DNA of 64,000 nucleotides from Aggregatilineaceae bacterium (GTDB taxonomy: Bacteria; Chloroflexota; Anaerolineae; Aggregatilineales; Aggregatilineaceae). How positions within the stretch are numbered: the stretch's first letter is position 1; each line of letters begins with the position of its first letter. A program made the position numbers and the translations under genes. Location: contig DAOKYY010000003.1 of NCBI GenBank assembly GCA_035325905.1, positions 15,936 to 79,935 on the forward strand. Reading direction: 5' to 3'. A model generated the notes under the pieces. It was not told where the DNA came from and searched no databases. It saw nothing but the letters and a program-made list of their open reading frames with translations. This document shows, in pieces, positions 42,446 through 57,754 of the stretch.

Positions 42446-43711
42446 ATGAGCGAGAACGGGATGTCGTCACAAGAGACGCTGCTAAATGACCGCTACCGCC
42501 TGATCGCCCAGCAGGGTTCGGGCGGGATGGCGGTCATTTATAAAGCGCAGGACCTGGCGCTGGGCCGCACGGTCGCGGTCAAGATTCTGCGCCCAAGCCT
42601 GACGAACGACCCGGAGTTCCTCAAGCGTTTCCGGCAAGAAGCGCGCAATGTCGCCAACCTCTCGCACCCGAACATCGTCACCGTCCACGACGTCGGCCAG
42701 GACGGTAACACGCACTACATCGTGATGGAGTACATCGACGGCGACGACCTCAAGCGCCTGATCCGCGCCGGGGCGCCGTTCTCGATTGACCGCGCGCTGA
42801 GCATCGCGATCAAAATCTGCGCGGGCGTCGGCTACGCGCACCGCGCCGGTCTGGTCCACGCCGACGTCAAGCCGCAGAACGTGCTCGTCACTGAGAACGA
42901 CAAAGTCAAAGTGACGGACTTTGGCATCGCGCAGGCGCTTTCCGCGACGCAGCCGCTAGAACGGCAGCGGATCGTGTGGGGCAGCCCGCACTACTTTTCG
43001 CCGGAGCAGGCCCAGGGCGAGCCGCCGACCCCCGCCGCCGACGTGTACGCCATCGGCATCGTGCTGTTCGAGATGCTGACCGGGCGGCTGCCGTTCGTTG
43101 GCGCGGACCAGCAGGAGCTGGCGCTGGCGCACATCCGCGAGACGCCACCGCACGCCTCGGACCTGAACCCCAATGTGCCGGTGCACCTGGATCGCATCCT
43201 CGACAAGGTGCTGTCGAAGGAGCCGGGCGCGCGCTACCGGACGGCGGACCAGCTTGGGCGCATCTTAATCAGCTACCGGCGCCAGGGACACACCGCGACC
43301 GACGAGATCCCGCGCGTGCCGGACCGCCTACCCCCGGCGGACACGGCGGCGACGTTGCCGCCGACGCCTCCACCGAGCGCGCTGCCTGGGGGGTATGGCG
43401 CGGCGCAGAGCACGGTTCCAGCGGTGATGCGCGCGCAGGCCGCGACCGAAGCGCCGACCAGTCGCACGGCGGGCTGGTCGTACCCGGATGGCAGCCGCGC
43501 GACCGCGCCGGTCATCCCCCGCGCCGGGGAGCCGCCGCGCCCGTACCAGCCGCCGCGCGCGCCGGATGCGATGCTCCAGTCGCGCTATCGCGCCGCCGAG
43601 CCGCCGCAGCCGCTCGACCTGGTGACGATCGTGCTGGCGTTCCTGGCTTTTATCGCGGTCGTGCTGCTCATCCCGCTGTGGATCGCCGTCTACCAAGCCT
43701 GGGCTGGCTAA
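42446..43711 (+). CDS. Ser/Thr protein kinase (Hanks type), Pro-rich linker and C-terminal TM anchor
   Basis: GSGGMAVIYKA, HADVKPQNVL, DFGIA and SPEQ motifs. ATG 42446 (MSENGMSSQETLLNDRYRL). C-terminal VTIVLAFLAFIAVVLLIPLWIAVY. Confidence 0.9.
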   Translation: MSENGMSSQETLLNDRYRLIAQQGSGGMAVIYKAQDLALGRTVAVKILRPSLTNDPEFLKRFRQEARNVANLSHPNIVTVHDVGQDGNTHYIVMEYIDGDDLKRLIRAGAPFSIDRALSIAIKICAGVGYAHRAGLVHADVKPQNVLVTENDKVKVTDFGIAQALSATQPLERQRIVWGSPHYFSPEQAQGEPPTPAADVYAIGIVLFEMLTGRLPFVGADQQELALAHIRETPPHASDLNPNVPVHLDRILDKVLSKEPGARYRTADQLGRILISYRRQGHTATDEIPRVPDRLPPADTAATLPPTPPPSALPGGYGAAQSTVPAVMRAQAATEAPTSRTAGWSYPDGSRATAPVIPRAGEPPRPYQPPRAPDAMLQSRYRAAEPPQPLDLVTIVLAFLAFIAVVLLIPLWIAVYQAWAG

Positions 43712-43806
43712 TGGACGCCGGCCGGGCCGGGTTTCGCCCCGGTTTTCTTATGCAACCCTAACGTCTCTCGGCGGCCTGCCGGTTGGTTTTCCGCGATCCC
43801 TTCCGG

Positions 43807-43812
43807 TATAAT
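43807..43812 (+). promoter_or_regulatory. Candidate -10 box (TATAAT) for ftsH
   Basis: CCGGTATAATTT at 43803..43814, about 115 nt upstream of the GTG start. Only a weak -35 (TTGGTT) at 18-nt spacing. Confidence 0.4.
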
Positions 43813-43927
43813 TTCGGTAGCGGACTTATCGAGACTCTGTCACAGACCGTGATTAAGTGAATCGAAAAGCTCAAATGATTCGGACCGCGCGCGTGATGTT
43901 TGACGTGGCGACGGCTGGAGGCTAGCA

Positions 43928-45874
43928 GTGAACAATCGCTCTCGAAATGTATTTGTGTACGTCCTCATTATTGCGGCGATCGCTGCAATCGTGTTTGGCG
44001 TGCGCAACAACAGCACCAACGCACGCGAGATCAGCGTCAGTCGCCTCGTCAGCGATATTAACTCTGGCCGCGTGAGCGCGATCTCGGCTTCGGACGAAGG
44101 CGAGCTGACGGCAACCTACGACAACAACGACATTCGGACGGCGCAAATCCCCGCGAACACCGAGGATCCGGTTTCGGTTCTGGCGTCGCTCGGGGCGGAT
44201 AAGGAACAGCTCAATACCGTCGAGTTCGAGTTCACCAAGCCGAGCAACCTGTTCAACTGGATCGGGCTGATCGGGACATTTCTGCCGCTGCTGTTGATCG
44301 GCGGCTTCATCTACCTCATGCTGCGCCAGGCGCAGGGGTCGAACAACCAGGCGATGTCGTTCGGCAAGAGCCGCGCGCGGATGTTCACCGGCGACCAGCC
44401 GACCGTGACGTTCGACGACGTGGCGGGCGCCGACGAAGCGAAAGAAGAACTGCGCGAAGTGGTCGAGTTCCTGAAGGACCCGGAGCGGTTCATTCAGCTT
44501 GGCGCGCGCATCCCGAAGGGTGTGCTGCTGGTCGGCCACCCCGGCACCGGTAAGACGCTGCTGGCGAAGGCGGTCAGCGGCGAGGCGGGCGTGCCGTTCT
44601 TCAGCATTTCTGGCTCGGAATTCGTCGAGATGTTCGTCGGCGTGGGCGCCAGCCGCGTCCGCGACCTGTTTGACCAGGCCAAGCGCCACAGCCCGTGCAT
44701 CATCTTTGTGGACGAAATCGACGCGGTCGGTCGCCAGCGCGGCGCCGGATTGGGCGGCAGCCACGACGAGCGCGAGCAGACGCTCAACCAGATTCTGGTC
44801 GAGATGGACGGCTTCGACACCGATACGAACGTGATTATCGTCGCGGCCACCAACCGCCCGGACATCCTCGACCCGGCCCTGCTGCGCCCCGGCCGGTTTG
44901 ACCGGCGTGTCGTGCTCGACCGGCCCGACATGCGCGGGCGCGAGGCGATCCTCAAGGTCCACGCGCGCGGCAAGCCGCTGGCCTCGGATGTCGATCTCAG
45001 CGTGCTGGCGAAGTCCTCACCGGGGTTTGTGGGCGCTGACCTGGAAAACCTGGTCAACGAGGCGGCGATCGTCGCCGCTCGCAAGAACAAGAAAAGCATC
45101 AGCATGCGGGACTTCGAAGAGGCGCTGGAGCGCGTCGTCCTGGGGCCAGAGCGCCGCAGCCGCCTGATCTCCGAAGAAGAGAAGCGGCTGATCGCCTACC
45201 ACGAGGCCGGCCACGCGATCGTCTTCCACAAGCTGCCGCACACCGACCCGGTTCGCAAGGTGACGATCGTGGCGCGCGGCATGGCGGGCGGCGTGACGTG
45301 GACTATGCCGGAGAACGATGGCGCGCTGGGCACAACCAAGCGCTACTTCGACCAGATCGCGGGCGCGCTGGGCGGGCGCGCCGCCGAGGAGATCGTCTTT
45401 GGCGACGTGACCAACGGCGCGTCGAGCGACCTGGAGAACGTGACGCGGATCGCCCGCACGATGGTCACGCGCTGGGGCATGAGTCCCAAGCTGGGGCCGC
45501 GCGTTTTCGGCCAGAAGGAGGAATTGATCTTCCTGGGCCGCGAAATCGGCGAGCAGCGCGACTACAGCGAGAGCGTGGCCGAGGTGATCGACGAGGAAGT
45601 GCACGAGATCGTCTCGACGGCGTACACGCGTGCGCTCGACGTGCTGCGCGAGAACCGCGACAAGCTCGACGCGGTGGCCGAACGCCTGATCGAGGTCGAG
45701 ACGTTGGGCCGCGAGGAATTCCTTGAGCTGATGGGCGACCGCCCTCCTGGCCCGGCGAGCGAGCCGCCGGGCGAGCCTGCCGCACGGGCCGAGGCCAGCG
45801 CGAAGGGCGACGGCAAGCAGCCCGACAGCGATATGCCCCCTGCTCCGCTCGGCACGGCGCCCTCGCCCGCCTAA
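43928..45874 (+). CDS. ftsH: ATP-dependent zinc metalloprotease FtsH
   Basis: Walker [14 protein letters not shown], Walker [12 protein letters not shown] region, zinc site HEAGHA. GGAGG RBS before the GTG start. Confidence 0.95.
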   Translation: MNNRSRNVFVYVLIIAAIAAIVFGVRNNSTNAREISVSRLVSDINSGRVSAISASDEGELTATYDNNDIRTAQIPANTEDPVSVLASLGADKEQLNTVEFEFTKPSNLFNWIGLIGTFLPLLLIGGFIYLMLRQAQGSNNQAMSFGKSRARMFTGDQPTVTFDDVAGADEAKEELREVVEFLKDPERFIQLGARIPKGVLLVGHPGTGKTLLAKAVSGEAGVPFFSISGSEFVEMFVGVGASRVRDLFDQAKRHSPCIIFVDEIDAVGRQRGAGLGGSHDEREQTLNQILVEMDGFDTDTNVIIVAATNRPDILDPALLRPGRFDRRVVLDRPDMRGREAILKVHARGKPLASDVDLSVLAKSSPGFVGADLENLVNEAAIVAARKNKKSISMRDFEEALERVVLGPERRSRLISEEEKRLIAYHEAGHAIVFHKLPHTDPVRKVTIVARGMAGGVTWTMPENDGALGTTKRYFDQIAGALGGRAAEEIVFGDVTNGASSDLENVTRIARTMVTRWGMSPKLGPRVFGQKEELIFLGREIGEQRDYSESVAEVIDEEVHEIVSTAYTRALDVLRENRDKLDAVAERLIEVETLGREEFLELMGDRPPGPASEPPGEPAARAEASAKGDGKQPDSDMPPAPLGTAPSPA

Positions 45875-45904
45875 AGGCGAAAGCGGACACAGGGACCAAC
45901 AACG

Positions 45905-45936
45905 AAGAGCCTCGCGGAATTGGCGAGGCTCTTTTT
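45905..45936 (+). terminator. Intrinsic terminator downstream of ftsH
   Basis: AAGAGCCTCGC-GGAATTG-GCGAGGCTCTT hairpin followed by a TTT tract. Confidence 0.85.
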
Positions 45937-45967
45937 GTGCCTGGCGCAGGAAACGCCGACCGGCGGT

Positions 45968-47722
45968 TTATGGCTCGCCGCGCTCGCGCGCTTCCATCTC
46001 CATACGGGCCAGCTCGCGCCGCAGAATCTTACCAACGGTCGTGCGCGGCAGCTCGCTGACGAACTCGATCCGCGACGGGATTTCGTAACGCGCCAGCTTC
46101 TTCGCGGCGAAGTCCCGAAGCTGATCGGCAGTGAGCGTTTCGCCCGGCTTGATCACCACCCACGCTTTGAGCGCTTCCTGCCCGACCTTGGCGGGGTCTG
46201 GGTGCGGAATGGCGGCCACGCCGACTTCCTGCACGGCGGGATGTTCCATCAGCACGTCCTCCACATTGCGCGGGTAGACGTTCAAGCCGCCGATCAGCGC
46301 CATGTCCTTCTTGCGATCGACGATGTAGAAATAGCCGTCCTCGTCCATCCGCGCGATGTCGCCGGTGTAAAGCCACTTTTGCCCGTCCGGCCCGTCGCGC
46401 AGCGCGTTCGCGGTTTCGGTCGGCATGCCGTGATAGCCGCGCATCAGTTGCGGCCCGCGCATCAGCAGCTCGCCCACCTCCCCGACCGGTACATCCGAGA
46501 TCCCGTCGTCCAGATCGACGATCCGCATCTCCATATCCGGCAGTGGCAGCCCGATCGAGCCGGTCCGGTTTTCGCCGCGCACCGGGTTGACGTGGGACGC
46601 GGTCGGCGCCTCGCTCATGCCGAAGCCTTCGAGCAGCATCCCGCCCGATAGCTCCTCGAAGCGGCGCTTGGTCGCCGGGGGGAGTGGCGCCGAGCCGCTG
46701 ATGCAGGCGTAGATCGAGGACAGGTCGCTCTTGCCAGCCAGAACGCGCGGGTGATTGTTGATCGCGTTGAACAGCGCCGGAACCCCCATAAACAGCGTCG
46801 GATGGAAGCAATCGATGTTATCCACTACGTCGTCAATATCGCGCGCGTTGGGAACGAGCACCATCGCGGCGTGCGTGGCGACGGCGAAGCTCATAACCGC
46901 GACCATGCCGAAGACGTGAAAGAGCGGGATCGCGGCCAGGAAGACTTCTTCGTGATCGGGGCGCGCCAGCCACGCCCGGCACTGGAGCGTGTTCGCGACC
47001 AGCGCCGAATGGGTGGACATCGCCGCTTTCGGGACGCCGGTCGTCCCCCCGGTGTACTGGAAGATGGCGAGATCGTCGCCGGAAACTGGTACATCGGCCC
47101 GCTTGCCGGCGTAACGCGCCAGGATGTCTTGCAGCCAGTGGTCGCCGCTTTGCAGCTCGACGCGATGGCCTTCTTTTTTCTCTTTGGCGATGCCGAACAG
47201 AAAGCGCGCCGAGCCGGGCAAATACTCTTTGATGTTCGTCACAATCACGTGCTCGACCGGGGTGCCGGGCTGAGCCGCTTTCAGGTTGTTGTAGAACAGG
47301 CTGAGCACGATCGCGGCCCGCGCGCCGGAGTCGATCAGTTGCTCTTGCAGGCGCTGGGGCGGATAGGTCGGGTTCGTGGCAACGACCACTCCGCCCGCTT
47401 TCAGGATGGCGAAAAATGCGATCACGAACTGGGCGCAGTTGGGCATGATGATCGCGACGCGGTCGCCTTTGCGCAGCCCGTGATCGACCAGCGCCGCGGC
47501 CAGAGCGTCCGACAGGCTGTTGAGCGTGCGGTAGTCGAGCGCCGTCTTGACTCGCCCGACCAGGGGCAGCCGCGCCGAGGTGATCGTGGCCGTCGCGTCG
47601 CCGTGACGCTGCGCCGCTTCGACGAGGTACTGGTGCAACGGAAAGTCAGGATACGGCGCGAGCGAATGCGGGACCTGCGGATCGTAGTGCTGGAGCCAGG
47701 GCTTGTCCTGATAGGTAATCAT
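45968..47722 (-). CDS. Long-chain fatty-acid--CoA ligase (AMP-binding family)
   Basis: AMP-binding signature FQYTGGTTGVPKAAMSTH. YGMSE-like GFGMSEA. C-terminal PRTTVGKILRREL. I prefer start ATG 47722 (MITYQDKPWLQHYDPQVP), with an alternative at 47755. Confidence 0.85.
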   Translation of the reverse strand: MITYQDKPWLQHYDPQVPHSLAPYPDFPLHQYLVEAAQRHGDATATITSARLPLVGRVKTALDYRTLNSLSDALAAALVDHGLRKGDRVAIIMPNCAQFVIAFFAILKAGGVVVATNPTYPPQRLQEQLIDSGARAAIVLSLFYNNLKAAQPGTPVEHVIVTNIKEYLPGSARFLFGIAKEKKEGHRVELQSGDHWLQDILARYAGKRADVPVSGDDLAIFQYTGGTTGVPKAAMSTHSALVANTLQCRAWLARPDHEEVFLAAIPLFHVFGMVAVMSFAVATHAAMVLVPNARDIDDVVDNIDCFHPTLFMGVPALFNAINNHPRVLAGKSDLSSIYACISGSAPLPPATKRRFEELSGGMLLEGFGMSEAPTASHVNPVRGENRTGSIGLPLPDMEMRIVDLDDGISDVPVGEVGELLMRGPQLMRGYHGMPTETANALRDGPDGQKWLYTGDIARMDEDGYFYIVDRKKDMALIGGLNVYPRNVEDVLMEHPAVQEVGVAAIPHPDPAKVGQEALKAWVVIKPGETLTADQLRDFAAKKLARYEIPSRIEFVSELPRTTVGKILRRELARMEMEARERGEP

Positions 47723-47873
47723 ACTCCGGTGCGCTGTCGCGCGTGCTCCTTTCATCGTAAGTCGGGCGCGGATAAAGAGTTGTTGCAATCGTGACAGTAG
47801 GTATAGTATTAGTATTCGGATTCTAGAGGAAAAAATCAACCGGGACCAACTGGGGCGCAAGCAGGGAATCGTC

Positions 47874-48815
47874 ATGGTGATGCCGGGCAGACAGTTACCG
47901 CTCTTTTCGTCCGATATCGAGCACGCGCTGACGCGGCGCAGCACGCTTGCGGACGCAATTGGGCCGTTTCAGGAGCACCTGCGTCACGAGGGGCGGAGCC
48001 AGCACACGATCGACGCGTTTTCATCCGATCTGCGGCTGGCGGTCGAGTTCTTCGGCGGCGACATGGTGCTGAACGACTTCACCACGCCCAAGCTGGAGCG
48101 GTTCATGGAATGGATCGAGTTCGGGCGCGGCGTGCCGTGCAGCCGCAAATCATACGCGCGCCGCGTGACGACGCTCAAAGTCTTCTTCGCCTTCTTGCGC
48201 AGCGAAAAGGTGCTGCCCGATAACCCGGCGACCGCCCTGCTCCAACGCTCCGGCGCGGCGCCGCTCCAGCCGGTGCTGACCGAGGCCGAGATCACGCGGC
48301 TGCTGGCGCAGACGCACGCTCTGCGCGCTGCCGACGAGCCGGACGCGCGCGCCGATACGCTGCTGCGGCTGCTGCTCGACACCGGGATCAAGAAGGGCGA
48401 GTGCATGGCGCTCACGCTGGAGCATATCGACCGCCGCAACCCCCGCGAGCCGGTGCTGGTCGTGAAGCACAAGCGCCGCAGCGACGTGTACAAAGAGCGC
48501 AAGATCGCGCTCGACCCGGCGTGGCTGGAGGTGCTGGACGAGTATCTGGCGCAGAAGCAGCCGGAAGACGCGATCTTCGACTGCACGGCGCGCAACCTCG
48601 AATACGTGCTGGCCGATGTCGCCGAGGCGGCGGGGGTGGCGACGCGCGTCTCGTTCGAGACGCTGCGCTGGACGTGCGGCGTGCGCGATTACGAGCGCGG
48701 GATGGACCTCGACACGCTGCGCGAGAAGTTCGGCTTGAGCCGCATTAGCTGGCGCGAGACCAGCGACAAAATCCAGCGGCTATCGGTGCTGCGCCGCGAG
48801 CGAGAGAGCAGTTAG
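47874..48815 (+). CDS. Integrase-like (tyrosine recombinase fold) protein lacking catalytic residues
   Basis: The N-terminal SAM-like domain (HTIDAFSSDLRLAVEFF...RRVTTLKVFFAFL) and C-terminal fold motifs are recognisable. The catalytic positions read TGIKKGE (Arg to Lys), ETLRW (His to Glu), FGL (His to Leu), and there is no Tyr in the terminal segment RISWRETSDKI. Confidence 0.7.
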   Translation: MVMPGRQLPLFSSDIEHALTRRSTLADAIGPFQEHLRHEGRSQHTIDAFSSDLRLAVEFFGGDMVLNDFTTPKLERFMEWIEFGRGVPCSRKSYARRVTTLKVFFAFLRSEKVLPDNPATALLQRSGAAPLQPVLTEAEITRLLAQTHALRAADEPDARADTLLRLLLDTGIKKGECMALTLEHIDRRNPREPVLVVKHKRRSDVYKERKIALDPAWLEVLDEYLAQKQPEDAIFDCTARNLEYVLADVAEAAGVATRVSFETLRWTCGVRDYERGMDLDTLREKFGLSRISWRETSDKIQRLSVLRRERESS

Positions 48816-48824
48816 CGCCCTGCC

Positions 48825-52922
<4,098 letters not shown>

Positions 52923-53066
52923 GCGAAATCGCTCTCCAGCTTGTCTGACGCCCGGAACGCCGCGCGGACCTCCCGCCCGGCGTGATGTGCCGCAGAGTAT
53001 ACCACAGCGGCGGCCTGGCGCATGGCGCAGATTCGTGAGCGCAAGCTTTTTTCCTCGGCGGATTTC

Positions 53067-53096
53067 TTGACAGCCGCGCGCCGCCTGAAGTACGCT
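53067..53096 (+). promoter_or_regulatory. Candidate promoter for the PHP gene (TTGACA-18-TACGCT)
   Basis: Consensus -35 at 53067..53072 and TACGCT at 53091..53096. Confidence 0.4.
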
Positions 53097-53165
53097 AGCC
53101 CGTGTCCGCTGGCTCGACCGGCGCGGCGCAACAACACTTAGTGGCGCAGTCCGAAGATACGCATC

Positions 53166-54260
53166 ATGCCCTATTACGAATACGCCGGCAATCTCCACGT
53201 CCACACCCCCTACTCCGATGGCGAAGGGACGCATCAGGAGGTGGCAGAAGCGGCGCTGCTCGCCGGGCTGGACTTCGTCGTCTTCACCGATCACAACCTG
53301 CTCGTAAGCGGGATCGACGGCTGGTATGGCGACGAGGAGCGCGGGTACGTGCTGCTGCTAGCCGGGGAGGAAGTGCACGACACGACCCGCCTGCCCCAGT
53401 GCAACCATGTGCTGATCTACGGCGCAGGGCGCGAGATGGCCTCGCACGCGCCCGATCTGGAGGCGCTGCTTGAAGCGGTGAGCGTGGCGGGCGGTCTCAG
53501 CTTTATCGCCCATCCCGACGATCACGCCGTGCCCTGGCTCGGCGAGCCGGCGATCCCCTGGCTGGATCGCCGCGCCGAAGGGTTCACCGGGCTGGAGCTG
53601 TGGAACTACATGTCGCGCTTCAAAGACTACCTGCACACGCGGCAGGACGCGGTGCGGCACGTCTTCCGGCCTGAGGAGATCATGGTCGGCCCCAGCCCGC
53701 GCACCCTGGCGTTGTGGGACCAACTGCTGGCGCGCGGGCAGCGTGTGGTCGGCATCGGCGGGGCGGACGCGCACGGCACGCGCTATTCGCTGGGGCCGAT
53801 CGCGCACACGGTGTTCCCCTACGACTTTCTGTTTAGCTGCGTTAACACGCATGTCCTGGCGAAAGCCCCGCTGAGCGGCGACGCCGAATCCGACGCGCGG
53901 CTAATCTACCAGGCGCTGCGTCATGGGCGCGCTTTCATCGGCTACGACATCCCCGGCGAGACGCGCGGCTTTCGCTTCACCGCGCAAGGACAGAACGCCT
54001 CGGCCACGATGGGCGAGCAGATTCGACTCGGCCACGGCGTGACGCTCCAGGCCCTCGCGCCGGGCCGGGCGCGGATCCGGCTGCTATGCGAGGGCGAGGT
54101 CGTCGCGGAAGAGTCGAACGTTGAGAACCTGACGCATGTGGTTCGCCAGACCGGGGCGTATCGCGTCGAGGCGTGGCGCGAGTATAAGGGGATTGAGCGC
54201 GTGTGGATCATCAGCAACCCGATCTACGTCTCGTCCAATTCGGCGCGCTTCTACGCCTGA
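53166..54260 (+). CDS. PHP-domain metal-dependent phosphoesterase (CehA/McbA-like)
   Basis: NLHVHTPYSDGEGTH, FVVFTDHN and IAHPDD metal-ligand motifs. Confidence 0.8.
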   Translation: MPYYEYAGNLHVHTPYSDGEGTHQEVAEAALLAGLDFVVFTDHNLLVSGIDGWYGDEERGYVLLLAGEEVHDTTRLPQCNHVLIYGAGREMASHAPDLEALLEAVSVAGGLSFIAHPDDHAVPWLGEPAIPWLDRRAEGFTGLELWNYMSRFKDYLHTRQDAVRHVFRPEEIMVGPSPRTLALWDQLLARGQRVVGIGGADAHGTRYSLGPIAHTVFPYDFLFSCVNTHVLAKAPLSGDAESDARLIYQALRHGRAFIGYDIPGETRGFRFTAQGQNASATMGEQIRLGHGVTLQALAPGRARIRLLCEGEVVAEESNVENLTHVVRQTGAYRVEAWREYKGIERVWIISNPIYVSSNSARFYA

Positions 54261-54289
54261 GTCGGCCTCATAACCCGCTGTCCCGTTTC

Positions 54290-54318
54290 TCGACGGCATT
54301 GCGCCGATACGCTATAAT
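54290..54318 (+). promoter_or_regulatory. Candidate promoter for uvrB (TCGACG-17-TATAAT)
   Basis: TATAAT at 54313..54318, and TCGACG at 54290..54295 with a 17-nt spacer. Confidence 0.4.
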
Positions 54319-54365
54319 CCTCTTTTAGTCAGAACGCCCGTTCGACCTAACCAGGGAGAGACGCG

Positions 54366-56426
54366 ATGCCGCAGTTTGAGCTGATTTCGGATTACCGTCC
54401 GACTGGCGATCAGCCGCAGGCGATTATGGAGCTGATCGAAGGGATCGCGACCGGCGCTCGCTTTCAGACGTTGCTGGGGGCGACCGGCACGGGCAAGACC
54501 TATACGATCGCCAACGTCATCGCGCAAATCCAGCGGCCCACGCTGGTCCTGGCGCACAACAAGACGCTCGCCGCGCAGCTCTATGCGGAGTTCAAGGAGT
54601 TCTTTCCGCGCAACGCCGTCGAATACTTCGTCAGCTACTACGACTACTACCAGCCGGAAGCCTACGTCCCCCGGCACGACCTGTACATCGAGAAAGAAAC
54701 AGACATCAACGAGGACATCGACCGGCTGCGCCTCTCGGCGACGGCGGCGCTGCTCAGCCGACGCGACGTGATCATCGTCGCGTCGGTGTCGTGCATCTAC
54801 GGCATCGGCAACCCGGCGGCGTGGGGCAAGGTCATTCTGGAGCTGAAGGCCGGGAACCTTCACCGCCGCGATCTGATCCTGCGGCATCTGGTCGGCATCC
54901 AGTACGGGCGCAACGACCTGGAGCTGAAGCCGGGCACCTTCCGCGTGCGCGGCGATACGCTCGAAATCGCGCCTGCCTACCGCGAGACGGCGTACCGGGT
55001 CCAGATGTTCGGCGACGAGATCGAGCGGCTGGTGGAGTTCGACCCGCTGACCGGCGAGATTCTGGAAGAGCACCGCGAAGTTCGCATCTTCCCGGCCAAG
55101 CACTTCATCACCGAAGAAGAAAAGATGAAGCAGGCGCTGATCGACATCGAGCAGGAATTGGAGCAGCGCCTGGGCGAGTTCCAGCGCGCCGGAAAGCTGC
55201 TCGAAGCGCAGCGGCTGGAGCAGCGCACGCGCTACGACCTGGAAATGATCCGCGAGTTAGGCTACACCGGCGGGATCGAAAACTACTCGCGCCATCTCGA
55301 CCAGCGCCCGCCGGGCAGCCCCCCCTGGACGCTGCTGGACTACTTCCCCGCCGACGCGCTGTACGTCATTGACGAAAGCCACATGACGATCCCGCAGGTG
55401 CGCGGGATGTGGGGCGGCGACCGGTCGCGCAAGGAGATTCTGATCGAGTACGGGTTCCGCCTGCCGAGCGCGATGGACAACCGGCCGCTGAGCTTCGAGG
55501 AGTTCGAGCAGCGCATCGGCCAGACGGTCTTCATGAGCGCGACGCCCGGCCCGTACGAGGACGCGCACGCGGAGCGCGTCGTCCAGCAGATCATCCGCCC
55601 GACCGGCGTGGTCGATCCCTCGATCGACGTGCGCCCGATCCAGGGCCAGATCGACGATCTGCTTGGCGAGATCAGCCGCCGGGTCAAGCGCGGCGAGCGC
55701 GCGCTGGTCACGACGCTGACCAAGCGCATGGCCGAGGACCTGGCCGATTACCTGCTCGAAATGGGGATCAAGGTGCACTACCTGCACTCCGAGATCGACA
55801 CGATCGAGCGGATCGAGATTCTGCGCGACCTGCGCCTGGGCGTGTATGACGTGGTGGTCGGGATCAACTTGCTGCGCGAGGGGATCGACCTGCCCGAAGT
55901 CTCATTGGTGGCGATTCTCGACGCCGACAAGCAGGGGTTCCTGCGCTCGGAGCAGGCGCTGATCCAGACCATCGGGCGCGCGGCCCGCCACATCAACGGG
56001 CATGTGATCATGTACGCCGACCGGATGACGGACGCGATGCGCGGCGCGATCGACGAGACCGAGCGCCGCCGCGCAATTCAGATCGCGTACAATACGGAAC
56101 ACGGCATCGAGCCAGCCAGCATCGTCAAGGAGATCCGCGATCTGACGCAGCGCGTCCGCGCGATCAGCGACGCGGCCAAGCAGTCCGCCGCCGAGAAGGC
56201 CCCCTCCCCGGCGGACCTGCCGCCCTCCGATCTACGCCGCCTGATCGATACGCTGGAACAGGAGATGCGCGCCGCGGCCAAGGCGCTCGAATTCGAGAAA
56301 GCGGCGGCGCTGCGCGACCAGCTTCTGGAACTGCGGCAGGTCATGGCGCTCAAGGATCAGACGCAGCGTGACGCCAGCCTGAGCCTCGTCAGCGGCTCCG
56401 GGCGGCGACCGCGCCCAACACCGTAA
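54366..56426 (+). CDS. uvrB: Excinuclease ABC subunit B
   Basis: GATGTGKT Walker A, DESH box (VIDESHMT), and a C-terminal UVR motif [17 protein letters not shown]. Confidence 0.95.
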   Translation: MPQFELISDYRPTGDQPQAIMELIEGIATGARFQTLLGATGTGKTYTIANVIAQIQRPTLVLAHNKTLAAQLYAEFKEFFPRNAVEYFVSYYDYYQPEAYVPRHDLYIEKETDINEDIDRLRLSATAALLSRRDVIIVASVSCIYGIGNPAAWGKVILELKAGNLHRRDLILRHLVGIQYGRNDLELKPGTFRVRGDTLEIAPAYRETAYRVQMFGDEIERLVEFDPLTGEILEEHREVRIFPAKHFITEEEKMKQALIDIEQELEQRLGEFQRAGKLLEAQRLEQRTRYDLEMIRELGYTGGIENYSRHLDQRPPGSPPWTLLDYFPADALYVIDESHMTIPQVRGMWGGDRSRKEILIEYGFRLPSAMDNRPLSFEEFEQRIGQTVFMSATPGPYEDAHAERVVQQIIRPTGVVDPSIDVRPIQGQIDDLLGEISRRVKRGERALVTTLTKRMAEDLADYLLEMGIKVHYLHSEIDTIERIEILRDLRLGVYDVVVGINLLREGIDLPEVSLVAILDADKQGFLRSEQALIQTIGRAARHINGHVIMYADRMTDAMRGAIDETERRRAIQIAYNTEHGIEPASIVKEIRDLTQRVRAISDAAKQSAAEKAPSPADLPPSDLRRLIDTLEQEMRAAAKALEFEKAAALRDQLLELRQVMALKDQTQRDASLSLVSGSGRRPRPTP

Positions 56427-56596
56427 GCGCGGGGGTGGGTCAGCCCGCCCCCCTGCCCTCTCCCTCTGCCGCGTTCGAGCGCGATTGCATCTTCCGGCGA
56501 GTTGCGCTATCTTCTAGTTTCACCCTGATCACAACAAGCCCGGTGTTTGCCGGTTTTTTGTGCTGTCTTGTGCGCCCCCAGCGGCAAGGGACAGGT

Positions 56597-57754
56597 ATGA
56601 TTGTCACACGCCAACGCCAGGAAGCGATAGAGGAGCAGACGCTGGCGCCCTACGCGCTGAAAAGCGGCCAGTCGAAGGGGCGTAGCTACCCCGACGAGGA
56701 GGCCGAGTACCGGACCGCGTTTCAGCGCGACCGGGACCGCGTGCTGCACACTACCGCCTTTCGCCGCCTGGAATACAAGACGCAGGTGTTCATCAACTAC
56801 GAGGGCGACTATTATCGCACGCGGCTGACGCACACCCTCGAAGTCGCGCAGATCGGGCGCAGCCTGGCGCGCGCGCTCGGCGCCAATGAGGACCTGGTCG
56901 AGGCGATCTGCCTGAGTCACGATCTGGGCCATCCCCCCTTTGGACATTCAGGCGAGACGGTGCTCAACAAGCTGATGGACGGGCACGGCGGGTTCGACCA
57001 CAACAAGCAATCGTACCGGATCGTCACCAAGCTGGAGAGCCGCTATCCGAACTGGCCCGGCCTCAACCTGACGTATGAAGTGCGCGAGGGTATCGTCAAG
57101 CACGAGACGGAGTACGATCTCAGCGATTCGACGGCGGCAGGCTTCGACCCGGACACGCGCGGCAGTCTGGAGGCGCAGATCGCGAATGTCGCCGACGAGC
57201 TGGCCTACAACGCGCATGACCTGGACGACGGCCTGCGCTCTGGGCTGATCGCGCCGGAGCAACTGGACGGGATCGAGCTGTGGCAGATGCTGAAAGAAAG
57301 CATCGGCTGGGACGGCCGGAACTTCTCCGAGCAGGTCCGGCACCGCCTGATCCGCCGCCTGCTGGGGATCGAGATTGACGACGTGATCCAGGCGACGGGA
57401 GCGGCGCTGGCGCAGTACGATCTGCCCGACCCTGGGTCGCTGCAACGCCTGCCGCGCAATGTCGTCGGGCACTCGGAGTCGGTGGGGGCGCTCAATCAGC
57501 AGCTCAAGACTTTTCTGTACACCAAGCTCTACCGGCATCACCGCGTCGTGCGCATGGCGGTGAAGGCCGAGCGGTTCATTGCGCAGATGTTTGAGACGTA
57601 CCTCAACGAGCCGGAACAGCTCCCGCCGTCGGTGCGGCAGGTCGCCAACGGGCGCGGGCTGCACCGGGCGGTGTGCGACTACATCGCCGGGATGACGGAC
57701 CGTTTCGCGCTCGAAGAATGGCAGCGGCTCTACGATCCTTTTACGCTCCCGTAA
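56597..57754 (+). CDS. dGTPase-like deoxynucleoside triphosphate triphosphohydrolase (HD domain)
   Basis: FQRDRDRVLHTTAFRRLEYKTQVF, RLTHTLEVAQ and HDLGHPPFGH motifs. ATG 56597; the ORF-track start 56435 is rejected. Confidence 0.85.
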   Translation: MIVTRQRQEAIEEQTLAPYALKSGQSKGRSYPDEEAEYRTAFQRDRDRVLHTTAFRRLEYKTQVFINYEGDYYRTRLTHTLEVAQIGRSLARALGANEDLVEAICLSHDLGHPPFGHSGETVLNKLMDGHGGFDHNKQSYRIVTKLESRYPNWPGLNLTYEVREGIVKHETEYDLSDSTAAGFDPDTRGSLEAQIANVADELAYNAHDLDDGLRSGLIAPEQLDGIELWQMLKESIGWDGRNFSEQVRHRLIRRLLGIEIDDVIQATGAALAQYDLPDPGSLQRLPRNVVGHSESVGALNQQLKTFLYTKLYRHHRVVRMAVKAERFIAQMFETYLNEPEQLPPSVRQVANGRGLHRAVCDYIAGMTDRFALEEWQRLYDPFTLP

